DNA of 64,000 bases from an archaeon (GCA_043814055.1 JBDRKL010000010.1:85433-149432), one strand, 5' to 3'; shown: positions 50,040-59,340, counted from the first letter of the stretch. The notes: generated by a model not told the origin, from the sequence alone. Translations and numbers: made by a program.

Positions 50040-50594
50040 TTATTCGTAAACCAACACGGTGTTGCCGTTATCGTCTACAATGGAAATTGGCAGCCCTTCA
50101 GTCCACATGCCTTCAGTTCTGCCCATGTAGACGTTGATGCTATTACCAAGACCCATGCCAGTGTTTATTCGCAGTTGCCCATTAAGGTTGAAGTAGTTGT
50201 TCCCGAACTTGAACATCTCAGTACCGTTGGTCTCAATAGTCCAGCCGCGCACATCCATGTTCTTCGCATTAAGGTCCATCCACTCATCCGCGTCGTCGTA
50301 GTTAACCCCTGTGATGGCAATGTAGCCGGACTCTTCAACAGCACAGCCGGATGCCAAAAGATTGACGCAGGTGCCGTCGTTGCAGTTGTCAGTTGTGCAG
50401 AAGTTGTCGTCGTCACAGTCGTCCTTTACTTCACACTCAGCTTCAGTTTCTGGCTCAGGTTCCAATTCAGATTCAACCTCAGTATCCGCAGGTGGTGCGT
50501 ACACGCCGCTGTCATCTGAACTATCTTCAACGCAGCCAGACACGAAAACCAGAGCAATCAAGGCAAATGCCAATACCCACACTCTTGTATTCAT
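50040..50594 (-). CDS. lipoprotein with Cys-rich repeat and lamin-tail-like domain
   Basis: SGC lipobox; CDDDNFCTTDNC; I..VNYD...EW..L....D..GWTI. Confidence 0.7.
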   Translation of the reverse strand: MNTRVWVLAFALIALVFVSGCVEDSSDDSGVYAPPADTEVESELEPEPETEAECEVKDDCDDDNFCTTDNCNDGTCVNLLASGCAVEESGYIAITGVNYDDADEWMDLNAKNMDVRGWTIETNGTEMFKFGNNYFNLNGQLRINTGMGLGNSINVYMGRTEGMWTEGLPISIVDDNGNTVLVYE

Positions 50595-50793
50595 AGGGCA
50601 AGATAAAATTTCAGGGTATAAATAGGTTTGTAAAAGCATTCCAATCCGAATTTTTTAAAGAACAAATAATATAAAGGTGGAACGCAATTTTCCTACGACT
50701 GGGCTGGATCTCAATAGTTCAATTAACCCGGCAAGGTGGCTTCGCGAACGCAGTGAGCGAATGCCGCCTAATTTCCCGGGGTAATTTGACGCC

Positions 50794-51023
50794 GCCGATG
50801 TAGCTCAGCGGTTAGAGCGCCAGACTCATAAGTTCGCTTGTGAGTTATGACCCTTCGGGGAATGATAAGCGCGCTAAGACATCTGGAGGTCACGTGTTCA
50901 AAACAGCGGCAAATTCCGCTGGCAAATTGGGCCGCGTTCGGCTTCGCCGAAGCGACCCTGCTCGCATCCTGCGAGAAAGCCAAAAGCGAGTTTGCTGTTG
51001 AGAAATTCACGTCATCGGCACCA
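50794..51023 (+). tRNA. tRNA-Met(CAU), elongator, with introns at 37/38 (50831-50880) and 59/60 (50903-51006)
   Basis: GCCGATG/CATCGGC, CCAGA/TCTGG, ACGTG/CACGT; removing both inserts gives a normal cloverleaf. Confidence 0.88.
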
Positions 51024-51200
51024 AACTTTTTATTTGTTATATTTGTCCAAAAAGTTTGATCAAAAAACTCGCTATCGCTCGGTTGTTTGAATTTGACCGA
51101 AGGCATTGAAATTGCTTAGCAGCGCTGCATCACAAGTTATTTTGCAGCGCAACTTTCCTCCGGAGTTTGCCGGAGTGATCAAAAAACTCGCTTCAGCACA
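51022..51200 (+). repeat. mosaic hairpin array after tRNA-Met
   Basis: CAAACTTTTT...AAAAAGTTTGATCAAAAAACTCGCT; modules shared with 32011-32041 and 52916-52954. Confidence 0.7.
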
Positions 51201-51262
51201 CAGCGCATGAGCGCCGTGTGTCTCTACATGCTGCGCATGTAGATCGCTCGTTAAGAAATAAC

Positions 51263-52738
51263 TTACCGCCTCGTATACGCAGTCCTTTTTGCCCTGTTCC
51301 CGCCCTGAGGCCTTCCGCGGTTCCCGCCTTGCGGTCTTCCCCTGCCGCCGCCCTGCTTGTAATTACTCCGCTTGTTTTCAGTGCGCTTCATTACTGCCTG
51401 CTCAACATACGGCACTTCCTCGCGCTTTATGTCCGCAGCGGTATCGCGCTTGACAAATCCAAAATTCTCATAATCCCTGCTGGAGAGTATGTTTATGGCC
51501 TTGCCTTCTTTTCCTGCCCTAGCAGTCCTGCCTATCCTGTGAATGTACTGCTTGCTCTCCTTGGGTATGTCATAATTGTAGATGTGCGACACCCCTTTGA
51601 TGTCCAGCCCCCTAGCTGCAACATCAGTACAGACGAGCACTTTTATGTTCTGGGCGTGGAACTGCTGCATTGTCTTATTCCTCTTGGACTGATTCTGCCC
51701 GCCGTGTATTGCTATGGCGCTGATGCCATTCGCTTTCAGGTTGTCTGCAATTTGGTCAACATATCTTCGGGTGTTGCAGAATACCATTACAAGCCCTGAA
51801 GAGTTTTCGTGCTTCAGGAGGTGCACCAGCAGAGAGAACTTGAGGCTGTCCCGCACGTCGTAGTAAACCTGCTTGAGCATTCGGGGATCAACCTGCGACT
51901 CTGCAGCTATATCTATTGGAGCGTTCATGTACTTCTGGGCGAGCTTGCTTATCCCTGTTGAAACCGTTGCAGAGAACAGGAGAGTCTGCCGCTTTTTTGG
52001 GCAGCTGTTGATTATCCGCTCCACATCAGGCAGGAAGCCCATGTCAAGCATCCTGTCCGCCTCGTCAAGAACTAGTATGCTGACACATCTCAGGTCTATG
52101 GTTTTCCTTTGCATGTGGTCAAGCAGCCTGCCCGGCGTGCCCACTACCACGTCAGCGCTTCGCAGTGAGTTTATCTGCCCCATTATTCCAACGCCGCCGT
52201 ATACTGCAGTGATGCGCAGGGATTTGTACTTTGAGAATCCATTTAGCGCGCCCTTGATTTGCTCAGCGAGCTCTCGTGTAGGAGTTAAAATAAGCGCTTG
52301 TATGCCCTTGCCCCGCTCAGAGTTCTGGATTATGCCAGAGCCGAAAGCGAGTGTCTTCCCAGAGCCTGTTGCAGCGCCTGCTATGATATCCTTGCCATCC
52401 ACAACTAGGGGTATGGACTTGATTTGCACCTCAGTCGGCATCACAAAACCCTGTTCTGTTATCGCTCTGAGCACTGGCTCTGTTATCCCGAGCTTGCGGA
52501 ATAGTTCAATTGAGTCTGGAGCGCGCTCTGTATTAAGTTTAGGCGCGGAGTGAGGCGAAGCCTCTGCTACACGCTCGGTTTTGCCAGGCTGTGCCGCTTC
52601 AGTTTTGCCTTCATTTGGCATTTCTTTAGTTTGTTCTTCATGGGTTGCGCCTTCTTTTTGTTTCTTGCGCACCCATTCTGTAGTTTTCACTATAGTCTTG
52701 TTAGTCTTGTTTTGTTCTAATTCGGTCATTTTATACAT
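51263..52738 (-). CDS. DEAD-box RNA helicase
   Basis: ATGSGKT, PTRELA, DEAD, SAT, ARGLD, HRIGRTARAG; RG-rich tail. Confidence 0.96.
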   Translation of the reverse strand: MYKMTELEQNKTNKTIVKTTEWVRKKQKEGATHEEQTKEMPNEGKTEAAQPGKTERVAEASPHSAPKLNTERAPDSIELFRKLGITEPVLRAITEQGFVMPTEVQIKSIPLVVDGKDIIAGAATGSGKTLAFGSGIIQNSERGKGIQALILTPTRELAEQIKGALNGFSKYKSLRITAVYGGVGIMGQINSLRSADVVVGTPGRLLDHMQRKTIDLRCVSILVLDEADRMLDMGFLPDVERIINSCPKKRQTLLFSATVSTGISKLAQKYMNAPIDIAAESQVDPRMLKQVYYDVRDSLKFSLLVHLLKHENSSGLVMVFCNTRRYVDQIADNLKANGISAIAIHGGQNQSKRNKTMQQFHAQNIKVLVCTDVAARGLDIKGVSHIYNYDIPKESKQYIHRIGRTARAGKEGKAINILSSRDYENFGFVKRDTAADIKREEVPYVEQAVMKRTENKRSNYKQGGGRGRPQGGNRGRPQGGNRAKRTAYTRR

Positions 52739-52973
52739 CTAGAAAAATAGCGTTGTATGCACTTTTTTCTATCCCCGTCTTTCAACTATGACTATTTATG
52801 TGAACGGCGTTGTATTTAATACTATGGTAGGAACACCAAAACTTATTTAATCAGAGCAACGATTTAGTATGAGTTCAGTTTGGTTGGCAAATTGCAAAGC
52901 AGGATGACTTGCTCGGCAGCGCTGCAGCATCACCAAAGTGATGCAGCGCAACTTGTCAACTGAGTTCGCAGTT

Positions 52974-53048
52974 GCCTCGGTGGCTCAGTGGTAGAGCGGC
53001 TGTCCTGTAAACAGCAGGTCGGGAGTTCAATTCTCCCCCGGGGCTCCA
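52974..53048 (+). tRNA. tRNA-Thr(UGU), C at position 33
   Basis: GCTGT-CCTGTAA-ACAGC, U73, CCA. Confidence 0.9.
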
Positions 53049-53051
53049 AAT

Positions 53052-53219
53052 CAAACTTTTTAGTAAAAAAGTTTGATCAAAAACAAAAAGAAGAAACACA
53101 TTAACCTTTAACCCACAACAAACTTTTTAGTAAAAAAGTTTGATCAAAAACAAAAAGAAGAAACACATTAACCTTTAACCCACAACAAACTTTTTAGTAA
53201 AAAAGTTTGATCAAAAACA
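53052..53219 (+). repeat. 2.5 x 67-bp tandem repeat (palindromic core plus stranded gene end)
   Basis: CAAACTTTTTAGTAAAAAAGTTTGATCAAAAACA at 53052, 53119, 53186. Confidence 0.9.
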
Positions 53220-53239
53220 CAATACACCTCTGGCACAAT

Positions 53240-53701
53240 TTACCCCCCTTTCACCCACATTAAAATAGCCCAGCCGAGTTTTGAGAAGATTAAGTAATTA
53301 AATAATATAGAGAGCATTGCAAACTTGACCAGGCGGAACCAGTTTGAGCCCATAAACATCCAGATTATGTTTGAGACAATGTTGTAGCCAATCACAATCA
53401 TCATTGAGTTGAGCAGGAAGTTCTTCGCGGTTATGTCAAAGAACGTTGCGGCGAAGAGCGTGCCTGCAAGAGTTATGCCCATAATGAACAATCCCTGGAT
53501 TTCATAAGGGAACAGGACGAACGAGATTATCAGGATTGAGATTGCGAAGAGGAAACCCCACAGCGGGCCGAATGCGTAGGTCAGAATCAGGCCGAATGAG
53601 AGCCAGATGCCGACGCCCTGCATCTCAAAGCGGCGCATCCAAAACTCAAGGAAGCCGCCAATCATCACGAGCCCGATGAGCGCGAGGAGTTGGTAAAACA
53701 T
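53240..53701 (-). CDS. multi-pass membrane protein
   Basis: About 6 hydrophobic helices, FGP.WG motif reminiscent of ECF S components. Confidence 0.7.
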   Translation of the reverse strand: MFYQLLALIGLVMIGGFLEFWMRRFEMQGVGIWLSFGLILTYAFGPLWGFLFAISILIISFVLFPYEIQGLFIMGITLAGTLFAATFFDITAKNFLLNSMMIVIGYNIVSNIIWMFMGSNWFRLVKFAMLSILFNYLIFSKLGWAILMWVKGG

Positions 53702-53781
53702 ACTTGGGAATACTTGGAAGGTGTATTTAAGTTTTGAGAAGAAGTTATATATTACTAAATAAATAGTGTTGAGTCTAACGT

Positions 53782-54004
53782 GGGCTCGTGGCTCAAGCTG
53801 GTAGAGCATCTGACTCTTAATCAGAGGGTTGAGGGTTCAAATCTCCGCCGCTGCGGACACAATGAAACGCCAGAGATGTAATAAAATTGCTGGCGATTCA
53901 TTGTGAGGATAGCAGGGGGCTTGGTGAAAACCAAGCATTCAGCCTTCGGCTGAAGCCCCCCTATAAAATGCAGCTTCGGACTGAAAATCCCTTCGGGCCC
54001 ACCA
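53782..54004 (+). tRNA. tRNA-Lys(CUU) with 146-nt T-loop intron at 59/60 (53842-53987)
   Basis: TCTGA-CTCTTAA-TCAGA; BHB TTCA-AA|T ... TGAA-AA|T; GAGGG/CCCTT; CCA. Confidence 0.88.
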
Positions 54005-54127
54005 ATCACAATATCGGGGCTTCGGCAACAGCCGAATGCCCTCGGCCTACAAACACGCAAAGCGTGTTGTACAACCCGCTGTCGCGGGTTCGTACCTCCG
54101 CGGCCAGGCGGAGCTTCGGGCCCACCA
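54005..54127 (+). mobile_element. hairpin array ending in a copy of the tRNA-Lys 3' end
   Basis: CTTCGGGCCCACCA at 54114-54127 identical to 53991-54004. Confidence 0.7.
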
Positions 54128-54162
54128 AAACCTTATAATAAACAATAGCTAACTTCATACTC

Positions 54163-55452
54163 ATGAACTGGAAAACCCTTGCAGAAACAGACCCTGAAAT
54201 TTTGAAAGCGCTGAACGGCGAAGTCACTAGGGAGAACGAGGGGCTTGAGCTTATCCCGTCGGAGAATTACATCAGCAAGGCAGTGATGACCGCGATGGGC
54301 TCGATTCTTAACAACAAATATTCAGAGGGCTACCCAGGCAAGCGCTACTACGGCGGACAGGAATTCACGGACATTGTAGAAAACCTTGCGATTGACAGGG
54401 CAAAGAAACTCTTCGGCGCTGAGCACGCAAATGTCCAGCCTTACTCAGGAAGCCCAGCGAACCTCGCGGCTTACCTCGCGGTTATGAAACTAGGGGACAC
54501 GCTGATGGGCATGGCGCTTCCGATGGGCGGACACTTGACACACGGTCACTCAGTGAGCGCAACAGGCAAATTGTTCAAAGCAGTGCAATATGGAGTTGAT
54601 GAAGAAACCCATTTGATTGACTACGATGCAGTTAGGAAACTTGCCCAAGAGCACAAGCCGCAGGTGATTGTCTCAGGCGCAACAGCGTATCCAAGAGAAT
54701 ATGATTTCAAGGAGTTCCACGCCATAGCTGAAGAAGTTGGAGCTTACTCAATGGTTGACATGGCGCACATCGCCGGCCTAATCGCAGCTGACGCGCACCA
54801 GAGTCCTTTCCCATTCACAGACATCATCACGACCACGACGCACAAGACACTGCGCGGGCCGAGAGGGGGGATGATACTTTGTAAACAGGAAGACCGATTG
54901 AAGGAGAAGTATCACGCAGAGTCCAAGTGGAACCTCGCAGAGCTGATTGACCGCTCAATATTCCCAGGACTTCAAGGCGGGCCACACGAGCACACAATCG
55001 CTGGGCTCGCAGTTGCGTTGCTTGAGGACTCCCAGCCCGAGTTCAAGAACTACGGCAAGCAAGTTGTGAAGAACGCGAAACACCTTGCTGAGAAATTAAT
55101 GGACTTTGGATTTGAGCTAATCACTGGCGGAACAGACAATCACTTGATTTTAATTGACCTCACGAACAAAGGCATTGCCGGCGGGGAGGCAGAGGCTGCG
55201 CTGGACAAGGCAGGCATCACAGTGAACAAGAACACAGTGCCTTACGACAAGCGCAAGCCATTTGACCCGTCGGGAATCCGGCTCGGAACTCCAGCACTCA
55301 CAACGCGCGGGATGAAAGAAGGCGAGATGGAGCAGGTCGCTGAGTTTATGAACAAGGCGATTGCAAATGTTAAAGATGAGTCTGCACTCGGCAAGATTAA
55401 GGCAGAAGTTAAAGAGTTGTGTGACAAGTTCCCGTTGTATGAATTGTATTAG
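54163..55452 (+). CDS. glyA: serine hydroxymethyltransferase (bacterial-like)
   Basis: LIPSEN, EGYPGKRYYGG, TTTTHKTLRGPRGG, SGIRLGTPA. Confidence 0.97.
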   Translation: MNWKTLAETDPEILKALNGEVTRENEGLELIPSENYISKAVMTAMGSILNNKYSEGYPGKRYYGGQEFTDIVENLAIDRAKKLFGAEHANVQPYSGSPANLAAYLAVMKLGDTLMGMALPMGGHLTHGHSVSATGKLFKAVQYGVDEETHLIDYDAVRKLAQEHKPQVIVSGATAYPREYDFKEFHAIAEEVGAYSMVDMAHIAGLIAADAHQSPFPFTDIITTTTHKTLRGPRGGMILCKQEDRLKEKYHAESKWNLAELIDRSIFPGLQGGPHEHTIAGLAVALLEDSQPEFKNYGKQVVKNAKHLAEKLMDFGFELITGGTDNHLILIDLTNKGIAGGEAEAALDKAGITVNKNTVPYDKRKPFDPSGIRLGTPALTTRGMKEGEMEQVAEFMNKAIANVKDESALGKIKAEVKELCDKFPLYELY

Positions 55453-55499
55453 TAGCTCCACGAAAACTTTAAATACCCAGCAACTTACTTGATTGCACT

Positions 55500-55733
55500 A
55501 TGACCAATCAGCGACCATTTGATTCTTTGAATGAAGCTATCGGCAGCGAAGTCATATTGAGACTTAAGGAAGGCGGCGAAGTTCGCGGCACCCTTAAGGC
55601 TTTTGACGTGCACATGAATCTGGTGTTGGACAAGGCAGAGGAAGTCTGCGAGGATACCACCAAGAGGTTCGGCATGTTAATCGTGCGCGGCGACAATATA
55701 ATCTTCGTTTCACCGAACAAGAACGGCGAGTAA
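55500..55733 (+). CDS. Sm-like (LSm) protein
   Basis: RP...L, G.L..FD.HMNLVL, RGDNI; upstream of L37e. Confidence 0.94.
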   Translation: MTNQRPFDSLNEAIGSEVILRLKEGGEVRGTLKAFDVHMNLVLDKAEEVCEDTTKRFGMLIVRGDNIIFVSPNKNGE

Positions 55734-55738
55734 AGACG

Positions 55739-55867
55739 ATGAGCAAGGGAACAACCTTTTTCTGTGCGCCTTCGGCGCTTGAAAAACGTTGACGAAAAAG
55801 AAATTTTGCAAAGCAAAATTTCAGCCGCTCACGCGGCAATTCATAGGTAAAAAATGAGCAAGGGAAC
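55739..55867 (+). mobile_element. hairpin insertion with duplicated rpl37e start
   Basis: ATGAGCAAGGGAAC at 55739 and 55854; AACCTTTTT...AAAAACGTTGACGAAAAAG between. Confidence 0.72.
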
Positions 55868-56021
55868 TCCAAGTTTTGGAAAGCATAACAAGAAGACGCA
55901 CATCCGCTGCAGGCGATGCGGCAGGGGCGCGTACCACAAGACCAAGGCGGTCTGCGCTAGCTGCGGCTACGGCAGGTCAGCCAAGCTGAGGAGCTTTGCG
56001 TGGGGAACGTTGGGGAGGTAA
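55854..56021 (+). CDS. rpl37e: 50S ribosomal protein L37e (absent from ORF track)
   Basis: [26 protein letters not shown].....CASCGYG. Confidence 0.97.
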   Translation: MSKGTPSFGKHNKKTHIRCRRCGRGAYHKTKAVCASCGYGRSAKLRSFAWGTLGR

Positions 56022-56026
56022 AAAAA

Positions 56027-56266
56027 ATGGGTAAATACAGACTATTTTCAGTTATTTCAAAAGGAGTCAATACTTATGTGCATATGCAGGCAGCAAAGGA
56101 AGTTTTTAAAGGTAGCATATTAAGCAAAAGATATAAAATCATTGAGGAAGCTGGCGAGGTCGTTATTGTTACATACCAAATAACAAATCTTAATACTGAA
56201 CTTCGCGAAATCATTAAATACTTGTATAAAAATGGAGCAGAAGGAGTAAGTGTGTTTCAGCACTAA
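56027..56266 (+). CDS. hypothetical protein (AT-rich)
   Basis: GGAGGT RBS; fills the L37e-S8e gap. Confidence 0.6.
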   Translation: MGKYRLFSVISKGVNTYVHMQAAKEVFKGSILSKRYKIIEEAGEVVIVTYQITNLNTELREIIKYLYKNGAEGVSVFQH

Positions 56267-56274
56267 AAAATAAA

Positions 56275-56658
56275 ATGGCAATATCACAAGAAAGGTCAAA
56301 AAGAAAGAATACGGGCGGCAAGTACCACTCGCTCAAGGGGAAGAGGAAGCGAACACTTGGCAATGCGCATCTTGAGGTCACCATTGGAGCGACCAAGAGG
56401 AAGACTGTAAAGGGAATGGGCTCCACCACACGAGTCCGCGCAATGCTTCTGAAAGAGGCGAACGTGCTTGACCCAAAAACCAAGAAATATTCCAAGAGCG
56501 AGATAGTCACAGTAAAGGCGAACAAGGCTAACCAGCACTACGTCCGAAGAAACACAATCACCAAGGGCGCGATAATCGAGACCAAGCTCGGGCTCGCCAA
56601 GGTCCTGAACAGGCCTGGGCAAGAAGGGCACGTGAACGCTGTTTTGGTTGAGAAATGA
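56275..56658 (+). CDS. rps8e: 30S ribosomal protein S8e
   Basis: RSKRK.TGG, RRN.ITKGAII.T, RPGQEG.VNAVL. Confidence 0.96.
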   Translation: MAISQERSKRKNTGGKYHSLKGKRKRTLGNAHLEVTIGATKRKTVKGMGSTTRVRAMLLKEANVLDPKTKKYSKSEIVTVKANKANQHYVRRNTITKGAIIETKLGLAKVLNRPGQEGHVNAVLVEK

Positions 56659-56978
56659 ACAAAGCAATTCTCATTGTTATAATCCTAATTTTAATAGCTC
56701 TATTTGCATGGTCTCCTTGGATTACTGCTGATTATGCTGAGGCTAGAGTTACTAACAAGTTCAATGACACTTGGATGGGCGTTATGGATGGCTGCGGTTT
56801 CTACAATGAGGCAACAGGTAGGATGGAGCCGAAAACTATAACGTCCAGCAAGACAGCTTTTGGCCGCTCGGTTGAGATAGGCTATCCCTGCAGCTGGACC
56901 CCTAAATACCCAGAGCTTGAGACAGAGACGGTATTTGTTTCCCCTCTAGGCACTGTTCATGGAATGCGCGGCTTGTAA
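56655..56978 (+). CDS. membrane-anchored hypothetical protein
   Basis: N-terminal TM; overlaps rps8e stop. Confidence 0.65.
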   Translation: MNKAILIVIILILIALFAWSPWITADYAEARVTNKFNDTWMGVMDGCGFYNEATGRMEPKTITSSKTAFGRSVEIGYPCSWTPKYPELETETVFVSPLGTVHGMRGL

Positions 56979-57022
56979 CAACAAACCTTATTAACTCAAT
57001 CTTCTGAATAAAGATTAGACAG

Positions 57023-57382
57023 ATGAAAGCAAAAGTTGGTTTATTTATCCTGGCAATCATAATTATTGCCGCAGTTTTTTTGATTTTAAGCAATCAACCC
57101 AACCTCCCTAAAGAAGAGGGAAAAACATGGGTAGACAAACATTTGACACAGTGTGCTGAGGACTGGCAGATGTGGGGAGCTGAAAAACTATACAGCCATT
57201 TAGATAATTTGATTAAGGATTTCTATGAAGAAGAGCATGGAATAACAATTTACAGCGTTCACCACGAAGAAGCAAGAGGCGATGCGTGCGAAGCCTGTAC
57301 TTGTTTAGCACCAGTTAGATTGTTTCTCCAGATTGCAAATGAAGATGCGGATAAAATGGAAGCATTGGGATATAACAGATAG
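57023..57382 (+). CDS. membrane-anchored hypothetical protein
   Basis: N-terminal TM; TQCA..W and CEAC.C motifs. Confidence 0.65.
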   Translation: MKAKVGLFILAIIIIAAVFLILSNQPNLPKEEGKTWVDKHLTQCAEDWQMWGAEKLYSHLDNLIKDFYEEEHGITIYSVHHEEARGDACEACTCLAPVRLFLQIANEDADKMEALGYNR

Positions 57383-57433
57383 GCCTTCCCAAAACAATAA
57401 ACCTTATTAACTTCTAATTCTGATTAGACCGCT

Positions 57434-59188
57434 ATGCAAGAAGCACTATTGATTGACCTTGTCACGATTATATTAGCCGCGACTGGCGTTGCGTTTGTCG
57501 CGAAGCTGCTAAGGCAGCCGCTGATTCCCGCCTACATTATAGCTGGTGTTTTAATCGGCCCGCTGGGCTTGGGAATTGTACGCGACCTTGAAACTGTTTC
57601 AACTCTCGCCGAGCTTGGCATTGCGTTTCTGCTGTTTATCGTGGGAATGGAGCTGAGCGGTCGCAGGCTGAGGAACATTGGGAAGGTTTCAACAATTATC
57701 GGCGTCCTCCAGGTTGGGGTAATGCTCGGGCTGGGCTACCTGATTGCATTGTTCATAGGGTTCAGCGAGATTGAGGCGATTTACATCGGATTAATCGTTG
57801 CGTTCAGCAGCACAATGGTGGTCATAAAGCTGCTTGATGACAAGGGCGAGCTTGACACGCTTCACGGCAGAATCACGCTGGGTGTCTTGCTAGTGCAGGA
57901 CATTATCGTTATCATCGCAATTTCATTCCTTATAAATCTCGGCAATTTAGACATGACATTCATACTCGGCACAGCTGTGAAGGGCCTTGGAATGCTCTCA
58001 ATTGCAATCATAGCGAGCAAGTTCATCCTCCCGCATCTGTTCAAGTACATCGCAGACTCGCAGGAGCTCTTGTTCCTCTCCGCGCTTTCGTGGCTCTTCA
58101 TGTTCTCAGGCTTTGCTTATTTGAGCGGGTTCTCAATTGCAATAGGTGCTTTTGTAGCAGGCGTGGGCCTCGCATCTTTCCCATACAACCTTGAAATTGT
58201 GAGCAGGATGAAATCGCTAAAGGATTTCTTCATCACGATATTCTTTGTCATACTAGGGGTTGAGCTGGCAAGAGTGCCTAGCAGCGCGGTGCTTCCAGCG
58301 TTTATCGCGCTCACGGTAATGGTAATAGTCCTCAAGCCGTTCATTACCGCGCTCGTTGCTTCCTTTATGCGCTACGGCCGCAGAACATCTTTCCTGACTG
58401 CAATAAATCTGGGGCAGGTCAGCGAGTTTTCACTTATCATAGCAATGATGGGCCTTGAGCTGGGGCATATCGGCGAAGAGCTCTTCGCAACCACAATAAT
58501 AATCGCGCTCGTCACAATCACGATTAGCACATACTTCATCGCATTTGACCAGCAGATGTTCGCGCTCTTCGGCAGGATAATCCCAAGGTTCCACAAGCTG
58601 ACGCACGAGGAGGTGCTTAGCGAGAAAGGAAAACTCAAGGACCATATCATTCTTCTCGGCTGCCACAATACAGGGCACGCGATATACCAGGAGCTCAAAA
58701 AGCTCAAGATTCCGTTTATTGTAGTTGACTTTGACCCTGAGATAGTTGAGCACTTGAAATCAATGGGAACAAACTGCATCTACGGCGACGTGAGCGACAT
58801 TGAGCTATTGCACAAGCTCAACCTGCGCAGGGCAAAGATGATAATTTCAACAGTGAGGAATGAGGAGGACAACGCGCTCATAATTGATGAGGTTCGCAAG
58901 GTCAACAAGACTGCGCCGATAATAATGGCAGCGAAGGAAATTGAAGAGGCGCTGATGCTCTACGACAAGGGCGCTGACTACGTGATACTGCCACGCATAG
59001 TCGCTGGCGAGCGCATCGCGAAGGGAATTGACAGCTTCTTCAAGAAAAAGATGGACATAGAAAAGGTGAGGAACGAGCACCTGAACAAGATTAAGAAAAT
59101 ACAGGATGAGAAAATATTATACAGGTACGGGCCGCGTGCGAAGTTCAAGCTGAGGGAGAAGCTAAGGCAGGCCAGAGCCAAGAAGTGA
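57434..59188 (+). CDS. CPA2/Kef-type cation:proton antiporter with TrkA-N domain
   Basis: AELGIAFLLF.VG.E, SST, LL.QD, SEFS, YGD, GADYVI.P. Confidence 0.92.
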   Translation: MQEALLIDLVTIILAATGVAFVAKLLRQPLIPAYIIAGVLIGPLGLGIVRDLETVSTLAELGIAFLLFIVGMELSGRRLRNIGKVSTIIGVLQVGVMLGLGYLIALFIGFSEIEAIYIGLIVAFSSTMVVIKLLDDKGELDTLHGRITLGVLLVQDIIVIIAISFLINLGNLDMTFILGTAVKGLGMLSIAIIASKFILPHLFKYIADSQELLFLSALSWLFMFSGFAYLSGFSIAIGAFVAGVGLASFPYNLEIVSRMKSLKDFFITIFFVILGVELARVPSSAVLPAFIALTVMVIVLKPFITALVASFMRYGRRTSFLTAINLGQVSEFSLIIAMMGLELGHIGEELFATTIIIALVTITISTYFIAFDQQMFALFGRIIPRFHKLTHEEVLSEKGKLKDHIILLGCHNTGHAIYQELKKLKIPFIVVDFDPEIVEHLKSMGTNCIYGDVSDIELLHKLNLRRAKMIISTVRNEEDNALIIDEVRKVNKTAPIIMAAKEIEEALMLYDKGADYVILPRIVAGERIAKGIDSFFKKKMDIEKVRNEHLNKIKKIQDEKILYRYGPRAKFKLREKLRQARAKK

Positions 59189-59340
59189 CAAAGGCTTAAA
59201 CAATCTCTTTTTTCCCGTATTTCACTTCAACAACATTCTTGAATTCTTTAGATCACAAAAATAAAACCTAATTTAAAGATGAAACAGTTTAAGTCCAAAG
59301 CAGATACTATTTTAAGTGAGGTCATAGTAGGTATAAAGTA

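Noticed and set aside
50768-51106. ORFs over tRNA-Met as intron-encoded endonuclease
   Set aside because: Introns are only 50 and 104 nt; no LAGLIDADG or other nuclease motif.
53052-53219. CRISPR array
   Set aside because: Spacers are identical, no cas genes are in the window, and the repeat belongs to the dispersed palindrome family.
53821-54227. ORFs 53821-54060, 53887-54138, 54006-54227
   Set aside because: Shadow frames over tRNA-Lys, its intron and hairpin array.
59196-59252. Minus-strand fragment SKEFKNVVEVKYGKKEIV* resembling an MBL-hydrolase C-terminus
   Set aside because: Only 18 codons, no start, weak similarity.
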